The notes below the pieces were generated by a model. The model made no database searches. It had not been told where the DNA came from and saw only the letters and a list, made by a program, of their open reading frames with translations. 64,000 nt of DNA from Paraspadella gotoi (lineage: Eukaryota; Animalia; Chaetognatha): the NCBI GenBank assembly GCA_051294375.1, contig CM119270.1:21440456-21504455 (forward strand), given 5' to 3'. The position numbers and the translations under genes are program-made. How positions within the stretch are numbered: the first letter of the stretch is position 1; every line of letters begins with the position of its first letter. Below, in pieces: positions 38,101 to 48,600 of the stretch.

Positions 38101-41100
38101 GATAGTTGGGCCCTAGTTCATGATCTGTGTTGCTCACACTGTTTTGTCTGAGACATTTGTTGACCTGTGCTTTGGCTGGAAAACCTGTAGGGACTTAGAC
38201 CGTAACACTGGTCAGGCTGAGGTCAGTAGTCGGGCGAAGACTTTTGGATGTCAGTGGTCAGGAGACTGGTAGGTTAGCAGACTGGAGGTCAGGTTAAGCA
38301 AAGCTATTGGTCAGTATGTTCATTTTTTTATGTTTAATACTAAATTATACTTCTAAATTCTTTATTTTCTTTGCCTTTTTTCAGATGTGGGCCCGAGATT
38401 CCAAATGCCAGCGAAACGGGCAGCTCGACTATTTCGATCATTACACCAAAGTGAGTCCAACGCATTTCTTAGAAATTCTTACCTTTGATTTCTTTAACAC
38501 CCTTGTCTTTTAAGTTGATTTTCAAAATCGATGGTTTTATGTTGATTTGTGTTACAAAATCTTTTAATTTGACTTAAACGTTTAAGATTTCTATGTCAGA
38601 AAAGTGACTTTTTATTGCTCTTGCTTCTTATTCTTTTCCCCTCCAGGTGACTTGCAAATTGGATTGCAAGACGCAATTCCTGGTCCGGAGATGTGGCTGC
38701 AAGGAAGCCCACGTTCCGGGCCTCAGACTGAACGCAACGACATACAACGCTTCCTTTGTGTCTTACTCCACTAACATCGGCAGCACACACGGTGATTGAA
38801 GTGAAACTCAGTTTTTTTAATATTATGTTTGTTAAGTTTGTTTAATCTTATATCGTTTCCTTTACAAGGCAAATAATTATTTATTTATTGCTATTGTAGA
38901 GTGTAGATAAATCTTAAGTCCGTTTTTGTTTGTGAATTTAATTTGTGAATACAATTTCAATATTTAAGCTGGACAAAATTTCCTCAAAATTTGTGAGAAA
39001 TTTTTGAAGATAATCAAAGATAATTAATTAAATATTGTTTTTTTTAATTTTATTGCAGAAAATTCCTCAATTTTCGAGGACGTCCCTTATTGTAACCTGA
39101 GCGCCCAATTGCATTGTATCCCAAAGGCTTCGGGTAAGTCTTTCCGATGGGTTGAGTCGTTTTAAGTTTTTGAAAAACATATTTGCGTATTGCGGTAGTA
39201 TAAGTTTTTAATTTCATTTTTTGTTGCTTTAATTCAACAAATAATTCCTGTATTTATAAATTATAATAATGCTTAGGTAACTTGGCGCTATCATTTTTCA
39301 ACTTAAATTATTTCCCGTTCAAGAGAAAAAAAATTAAAAAGCAAACCGCAAAAAGAAACTCAGAAATTCGATTTTGAGAACATAAACCTGAAATTAGGCG
39401 TTTAATAAAAATGTTCGTTCAATGAATGAATGAACAAAAAGCTTAATGACAGCTGTTCATAGAAACAATATTGTTATTAAATAAGTTGTTTTTACTTGTA
39501 TTTCATGTCAACTTTTTAGACGAATTTCAACTCTGGAAAACGAACGAAACTCATCAAGAGGAATGTGAGAAACGCTACGTCCAGATCAAAGACGGGTCAG
39601 GATTTAATATTATCCTTAGTTTATTTGGACCTTGTATTATTTTGTTATATTTTTAGATGTAGGTATATCTTATTCGTGTATCTTTTATCTCATTTATCTT
39701 TAACTTTAATCTTTTTTCCAATCCTTTGTTTTCTTTATTTCCTTTTCATCCATTCTTCCTTTATTTCTTCACTACTTCTTTTCCCTTTTCCTTACCCTGT
39801 CCTCTGCCTTCCCTTCTTCCCATCTCCCCCCTCCCCCTCTCTCCCATCTCCTCTTCCACTCCCTCCCCTCTCTCCCATCTCCTCCCTTCCACTCCCCTTC
39901 CGCCTCTACTCCCTTCTCCCCCCTTCCCCTCTCTCCCTTCTCCCCCCTTCCCCTCTCTCCCATCTCCCCCTTCCACTCCCCTTCCCTTTCTCTCCCATCT
40001 CCTCCTTCCACTCCCCTCCCCCTCTCTCCCATCTCCTCCTTCCACTCCCTCCCCTCTCTCCCATCCCTCCCTTCCACTGCCCTTCCCCTCCCCTACTTTT
40101 CTCCTTATCCCACTCTCCCTCCCCCCTGAACCTCCACCCCCCCAAAGTTAAACGAGGTGGAGCCTTCTCCCGGAAAGGGGAGACTTTTTTGCTTCTGTCC
40201 TGGACCGCTGCAAGACAAAGAACTTCTGTAGTCCGCGGGTCATATCGCTATTCAGATACTTCCAACTTCAACCTTGAGCGGACTTCTTAAATGAAGATAA
40301 GTTCAAAACAATTGCAGGTCCGTGTTGGGTCCAAGGGCGAGAGGGAGGGGGGAAATATTATTTTCAGAGATGTTGGCGATATTTTTCGGGAAAACTCCTC
40401 TATTTCTGTTCCTTTATCCATGAAATTGACTAATTTTGACTTTTAACCACTTAACCTATTTTCTTTTTAGCTCCTTTTTTCTTGAGATCCCTAGACGTAT
40501 TTTGCGAGAGATTTAATACATTTTTACTTTATATTTCAACCTAAATATATTTTTCAGTTTATAAAATAATCTTTAACCCTAATCTTTAACCATGACCCTT
40601 AACCCTAACCTAATCCGGACCCTTAACTCTAAACCCTTATCCTTAAACACTAACCTAAAATTTAATTCAGAATTTAAGGTAAAATTGGGCATTCTGGGTA
40701 AATAAGGCCAATATTTTACCATATGCCTAACCCAACCCTTGAACCTAAACCCTAACCTTATTGCCTCATCTATTCCTTTTAACTAATCCCAGACTCTCTT
40801 TCTTAAACTTATTTTTAGTTTTGCTTAAAGTATTTATTTACTTTTCATAACGAACCATAAGTAGGATCATCACTAAGCCACCAATCTTTGCAAACCATTT
40901 TTTTTCAAATTTTAATTTTTTTATTAATTACGCCTATCAAATTTATCGTTAGAGCTTTTTTTGCTATTTTCCCCCCGGAGTGTAATTTCTTTGTCTTTTG
41001 TTTTTTTTTTTAACAGGCCACCCCCGAATTGTAGAACTTCTAGCGCGAAAGAAAAGAATTAAGAGCGACAAAATAAAAACAAAAAACATATTTTTTTCTT

Positions 41101-42597
41101 TTTGAAAAAAAATTCAGAAATTGAGATCATTTAGTAAGATCATTTAATTTAATAAGATCATTTAATTTATTCTCCAGTACGAACTAACGAAAGCTCGGGA
41201 AAGCAAAGACTCCACGGACGTAGATACGAAGGAGAGGGATACAAATGCTTTTAGGAATCTGTACCTCGTATTGGAGTACATTCTGTCGGTAAGAATCTGT
41301 ACCTCGTATTGGAGTACATTCTGTCGGTAGGAAACAATAAAAAGAAAGGGGAATGACTAGAAAAGTTGAGAGAGAATGATATTAAAAATAGGTTAAAAAC
41401 ATCAAAAGAAAAAGAATCCACGAATTAAATGTTAAAATAGCTACATCGACGTGTTTCAGGTTCTCCACAGAATCGATGGCGAATTGCAAGAGTTGATGGA
41501 ATACTTTCTGCAACGCAAAGAGGAGATGGAATCGTTGCACGAAGTTCAGATGAAAGGAATTCGTGATATGAGAAGAAGATTCAAGTCTCAATTTTTTAAA
41601 GGTGAAAAAAAAAAGTCGATTGTGCTTAACGAGTTCATGAATAAACAAACAAAAAATAGTTTATCTTATTAGTCAACAAAATATAACCGATTCCGTGTAT
41701 CGCACTCTCTAGAAACAATGAAGCAGAATTTCAAGAATATTCCTGTTTCCCAATTTTTTCATTAACAAACTTTTATCACTTATTTTATAACTAATCCACT
41801 CCCGACTAACTTTTCAGATTTTTTTTTACTTTCTCTTCTTTACAATATTTTAAACTGCACAATATTTCTCTTCCTCCCTTTCTCCTCTCCCTTCGCCTTC
41901 TCTCCCCTGTCTCTCCTCTCTCTCCTCTCCACTTCTCTCTCCCTCCCTTTCTCTCTCCTTCTACCTCTCTCTCCCTCCCCTCTCTCCCTCCCTTCTCCCC
42001 TCCTCCTCCCTTCTCTCCTCTTCCTCTCACCTCCTCTCTCTCCCTCCCGTTCTCTCCCTTCTCTCTCCCTCTCCTCCCCTCCCTCCCTCTCTCCCTCCCC
42101 TTACTCCCCTCTCTCTCCCTCCCGTCCCCTCTCAGGTGTTGAGCTGTTCCACGAGAGGCACTTTTCGTCCTTAACGTGGGGATATAGAGAAATGCTCGAA
42201 TCGCTAGAAAATCAAAGAAAAGAATTAGTCAATTTTGACCAAATCAACGAGACGTTTAAACGTACAATATTCACCCTGGCCAGGTGATATATATTTCTAA
42301 TATAATCTTTAATAGATGAGTAATTTATCCGTGTTGAAAAGTAGTTTATAGTTTATTTTATTATAATAAACTTAAAATCGAAAAATATACAATCTTAAGT
42401 CAAATACAGAAAAAAAAATCTGAATTTGTGAAGAAAACTTAACTTTGTCATCATTTTTCTAAATTTAATTTTAAAAAAACCTAACAAAAAATCCAAATAT
42501 CTATAACAACCCGCTTCTTTGTGGCGTTGCTAAGCGACGAGAAATGAGAAGAGCAAAACGCGGAAAAAGAACGAAAAGAATTAAAGATCATTTTTTG

Positions 42598-42656
<59 letters not shown>

Positions 42657-45600
42657 AAAAGCCGAGGATTTTCCTTCAATCGCCTTTTCTCGATTTTCTT
42701 CGTCGCCGTCGGCGCGAATCAAAGCCGCGGATTTTCGCCGAAATTTTCGGTCGATTTTCCATTTTAATTTGTGAAGATTTCCTCTTAAAGTTGGTTGTGA
42801 ATTGAGTTTATTGGTTCTAAATATATGAAAAAAGTTGAGTTTTCTGAAAAGAAAAGTCAACAATACGTATTTTTAAATAAGCTTTTTAAAATCCCAGCTT
42901 AATAGAAAACTATTTTTAATAATAATAAAAATATTGAGGGAGAATTTTTAATGAAAATCGGGGTCATTTTTTCTTATTGACCACATTTTAATCGTTTCTC
43001 TAAAATAATTTTGACAAATAATAAAAATTCGACTTTTACTAACCGTTTGCGATAAAGAAGAAAAACTATTAAACCGTTGTCTTTGGTAACAAAGATTTGT
43101 CATGTTGATCTGACCAATTGTGGGACGAAAGTCGTGATGGGCAAACGATATGGGTTCACGTTTTGACACAAATGATTTACTAAATATAAGCAAATCCCCA
43201 GAAAGATTTTCCTTCATTACCTTAGCATACAAATGAGTGGTCCATGCACAGAACTAATCAACCGTGATCAATGACCAATCGCTTATACTCACTCATTAAT
43301 GGATGAGCTCCATTAGTAATCCTTATATCTACTCCAAATTTTGACATTTTTAAATTTAAAATAAAATTTTTAAAAATATTCCAAGCTTAAAAAAAATAAA
43401 TTAAAAAACTTAATTTTTAATTAGCGTCCCTTTTTTACGTTATTACAAGAATAGTTTTAATATTTCGCGATTAAAGAATTTTATATTCATCTTTTAAAAT
43501 TGACTTCACAAATTCAAGGTTTTTTAATTATCAGAAAATGAAATTAAATCTTTAAAGTTTAAAAAGCTCTAAAAAAAGTTTTGATTTTTTTTGGTTTTTT
43601 TATTAAAGAACTATTGCACTGATGAAGAACAAAACAATGATTGAAACATGTCTGCTAATAAATAAATAAATTCGTTGTGAAAAATCAAAATTTGTTTTCT
43701 AAAACTTTTTTGTTTCAAAAATAGTTTATATTTTACCTTTATTCTGCATTCATTATATTTATTTTACATTTATAACTTAATAATCCGGTGCAAACTGTAC
43801 TTCGATTTTAAAAACGATAATCTTAAAAATGATAATATTAAATAATTAAAATTGTCTTATTTTGTCCCCGTCATCCATATCCAAATACAAAAACAGTTCT
43901 TACTACGAGTAAATACATTAGACAGTTATCAGAGGTTGCATGTCTAATTGGGCTGCACGAAAATTAATCATATAACAGCTAAATTTGGTTAATATTTGGG
44001 TTTTATATAAAGATTGCATTAAAATATATGGTGGTTTACCCTTCCTGGGTCATTGTATTTAATCGCGTTGCACTTTAATTATTCTCTGATGGTCAACCAG
44101 TTTAACCAGTACAATAATTAGTAAAATGTTCATTCGTATTTTTTCATTTTTCAGAATAACATTACAGGGGAGAGTAGACGTTTATCATAGGGTCATGGTC
44201 AAACTGGAGGAATGCTTCAACCATTACAAGTAAGTCGCGTTACTTCGAATTCGATTTTAATATCGTTTAGATTGTTAGTATTTTCCCTGATAGGAATCTA
44301 TCTAATTTTCTAGTATGTAATACTGTCACATATTTTTAAGGTTTATTTAGTTTTGTATTGCATTCAATATAAGCCGTAAAAATTCCATTCAGTTCTAAAA
44401 TAGATTCACTTATCAAATCAGACTTAATTAACTAATTTTCCTAGCACGCTAAAAAATGCAAATGAGTTTTCGAAACTAAACAACTGTGGTGAATCCTAAA
44501 TTCGCCTCCCGTATAGCTTGGTAAAAATCAGCTCGTCCCCTGGGCTTGGTCAGTTAAGTATTCTTTCACCAACCGTGAGTTCCGCGTTTAATCCCCTCAC
44601 GGTCACGCTGGTTTAGTGTGATTGTGTTGGCAAAACACGGTAGTGATGTAGGGTGGTCACTGCAGGTCCAAAGCCCTGAGCTCCATCTGTCGGTAGATGC
44701 TTCCCACCNNNNNNNNNNNNNNNNNNNNNNNNNNNNNNNNNNNNNNNNNNNNNNNNNNNNNNNNNNNNNNNNNNNNNNNNNNNNNNNNNNNNNNNNNNNN
44801 NNNNNNNNNNNNNNNNNNNNNNNTCGTGCAAATTACACATGGTTTTCACCTATTTCATATGATCTTCTTTTTCGCTCTTTTCTTGATCTTTTATTTTTTT
44901 ATTTCTCCGCCATATCTTCTTTATCTTCCCCCCTTTTATTCATGTCCTATTCTTTCTTCTCACCTTCCCAAACATTATCTATCTAATCATATTATCTTAT
45001 CTATCTATCTATTTTATCTATGTTTTGTCTCCCATTCCAGCCGAAACGACGACATGTTCAGCGAACTTAATGATCACCCTAGAGATGGGACATGTTGTTG
45101 CTTAACTAATCTATCTATCTATTATCTATCTTATCTATCTATCTATCTATCTATCCTTCATCCAATTCCAGCGAAACGACGCCATTCAGCGAACTTGATG
45201 ATCCCCGAGAGAGGGGCATGCCGTTGCCTGTGACTTACATCAAAGCCGCCGCCGACAGGGAAGAACTTACAAGGAGATCAAACGCTACTTGAAAGAAGTA
45301 CAGGAGAGGAATCGAAGGTGACTGAGCGGACCGAATGTGACCCGTTGTGACCCTTAGCCTTACCCACATGTGAAGAAAAAATAAGATGTTAATGTCTCAT
45401 GGAAAAAAAAAATTCTCTGGAAACAAAAGTTTGTTTTATTATTTAGGATTATATAATTTTTTGATATATTAGATATTACTGTTATTACGATTATTATTAT
45501 TATATTATTATTATTAATATATTATTATATTATCTATTATTATTATTCATTATTACTTATTATTATTATTATCATATTATTATTATTATTATTATTATAT

Positions 45601-48600
45601 TATTATTAATTATTATTAAATATATTATCATAATTCCCCTCAAATAAATTGACAATTTAAACAAAATGTTACTTCATAGAACATATTTTTTGTTTGCTTA
45701 AATCTCTCTCTGTTACGACTATCGAGTTTATAAAATATTTGAGGAGTATCTTTGCTCGGCCGGCAGAGCCGGACCATCGCCGGAACGAATGCCACGAGCC
45801 AACTCGTCGTCTCAATCTCATTTGCATATTGAAGCGTTGACAAGAAAGTTGCAAAAGCCAAAGTTTACAACTATAAAACACCCTAAAATTCTATTTTATG
45901 GAAGGCAATATAAAAATATTTATTTAAAATGTTTACAAATGATATTTATTTTATTTTTTGACATAACATAATGTATATTTTCATTCAGTGTTAACTATAT
46001 TTTCCTTACCAGGTTTCAAAAAATACTTCTCCCAGCTCTTCAAGGATCAAATAATGGATCAGGAATATTTGACCAACCGAGAACGCCTCAAGGATGCGTG
46101 CGAAAATCTCGAGCGCCTCATGGCCGAGATGGAAGAAATATATAGACAAGTGAGAAACTAAAACAAAATTAAATATATAATTTGTTTATAATATAAAAAA
46201 TAATATATTGTAAACAATGATTAATGAATTGTTGAAAAAAAATAGGTTTGAATTATAAATGAGGAGAGACCTAGTTTACAAATGAATTTCAAATTCACTA
46301 TTGGCTATAAAGTAAAATTATGGAAAATTATGTAATTGATATTTAGTTAATGAAACATGAAAAATTCTTAAATTGTTGATTTCTATTTTTAAAGCTAAAG
46401 TTTAGAGTAAACAAAGTGTTTTTGAATTTATGACAACGATTTATTTTAATAGACGGACATGTCTCGACTCTTTGGGTTCGAGTCTTCATCAGCATTTATT
46501 AAAATTAATCGCTATCACAAATTCAAAAGCACTTTGTTTTCTCTAAATATTAAATAACAACGAAAAGAAAGGATTATCACATGTAACAAAGCTAAAGTTA
46601 AATTAGATAATTTAAAAGAAAAAAATATTTCTGTGGTTTCTTTTTGCCTCCTCTCTCTCCNNNNNNNNNNNNNNNNNNNNNNNNNNNNNNNNNNNNNNNN
46701 NNNNNNNNNNNNNNNNNNNNNNNNNNNNNNNNNNNNNNNNNNNNNNNNNNNNNNNNNNNNNNNNNNNNNNNNNNNNNNNNNNNNNNNNNNNNNNNNNNNN
46801 NNNNNNNNNNNNNNNNNNNNNNNNNNNNNNNNNNNNNNNNNNNNNNNNNNNNNNNNNNNNNNNNNNNNNNNNNNNNNNNNNNNNNNNNNNNNNNNNNNNN
46901 NNNNNNNNNNNNNNNNNNNNNNNNNNNNNNNNNNNNNNNNNNNNNNNNNNNNNNNNNNNNNNNNNNNNNNNNNNNNNNNNNNNNNNNNNNNNNNNNNNNN
47001 NNNNNNNNNNNNNNNNNNNNNNNNNNNNNNNNNNNNNNNNNNNNNNNNNNNNNNNNNNNNNNNNNNNNNNNNNNNNNNNNNNNNNNNNNNNNNNNNNNNN
47101 NNNNNNNNNNNNNNNNNNNNNNNNNNNNNNNNNNNNNNNNNNNNNNNNNNNNNNNNNNNNNNNNNNNNNNNNNNNNNNNNNNNNNNNNNNNNNNNNNNNN
47201 NNNNNNNNNNNNNNNNNNNNNNNNNNNNNNNNNNNNNNNNNNNNNNNNNNNNNNNNNNNNNNNNNNNNNNNNNNNNNNNNNNNNNNNNNNNNNNNNNNNN
47301 NNNNNNNNNNNNNNNNNNNNNNNNNNNNNNNNNNNNNNNNNNNNNNNNNNNNNNNNNNNNNNNNNNNNNNNNNNNNNNNNNNNNNNNNNNNNNNNNNNNN
47401 NNNNNNNNNNNNNNNNNNNNNNNNNNNNNNNNNNNNNNNNNNNNNNNNNNNNNNNNNNNNNNNNNNNNNNCTCTCTCTCTCTCTCGCTCTCTCCAGCCGG
47501 AAGAAAAACTGACCAAAGACGAGATCGAACTGGAGCGCGTCTTCCAAGAGTCCAAGGAATCATTTGAGAGAATTGAGGAAGACATCGATTCTCTCGTAGA
47601 CAGATTGCGGCATATCCCTCAGAGGGTAAGTCAGGCTCTTTGCGGCAGATTGCGGCATATTCCTCAGAGGTTAAGTTGGGCTCTTTACAGCAGATTGCAG
47701 CATATCCCGCCGAGGGTAGGTTGGGCTTTTTACGACAGATTGTGGCTTATCCCTCAGAGGGTAGGTTGGGCTCTTTGCAACAGATTGCGGCATATCCCTC
47801 AGAGGGTAGGTTGGGCTCTTTGTGACAGTTTGAGGCATATCCCTCAGAGGGTAAGTCGGGATCATTGTGGAGGATTGCGGCAAATCCTTCAGAGAATAGG
47901 TTGGGCTCTTTACGGCAGATTGCGGCACATCCCTCAGAGAATAGGTTGGGCTCTTTACGGCAGATTGTGGCTTATCCCTGAGAAGGTAGGTGGGGTACTT
48001 TACAGCAGATTGCAGCATATTCCTCAGAGGGTAGGTTGGGCTCTTTATGGTAGATAGTGGGACATTCCTCAGAGGGTAGGTGGGAACCTTTGCTGCAGAT
48101 TGCAACATATTCCTCAGAGGGTAGGTTGGGTTTTTTTCAGCACATTGTAGCATATTCCTCAGAGGGTATGTTGGGCTCTCTGCGCAAATTGTAGCATATC
48201 CTTTAAAGAGTAGGTTAAGCTCTTTACAGCAGATTGCCACAAATTCTTCAGAGGGTAAGTGAGGTAAGTGAGCATATCCCTCAGAGGGTAGGTTGTGCTC
48301 TTAGTGTTAGATTGTGGCACATCCCTCTGAGGGTAGGTGGGAATCTTTGCGGCAGATTGCAGCATATCCCTTAACAAAAAAATAAATTAAAAAAAAATAA
48401 ATAAATAAAACTTTATTTTGAGCTGAACTTCTTTCCCAGGAAATGGAATATGCAATGAACGTAGCGCGTCTATTCTTGAACCAAACGAAAACAAAGTCCG
48501 ACTTGAGCGAAATCATCATTGGAGACGATATGAGGAACGCGTTAGAATCGCTCAAGGTATTAATATTAGTATTATTATTATTATTATTAGACTTTGTATT

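Noticed and set aside
45290-45292. Selenocysteine interpretation of the in-frame TGA
   Set aside because: No redox motif context and no SECIS recognised. Compensating indel errors explain it better.
47601-48370. Regular repeat array resembling a CRISPR array
   Set aside because: The units are contiguous and wholly homologous with no unique spacers, there are no cas genes, and the unit derives from the adjacent exon end in a eukaryotic intron.
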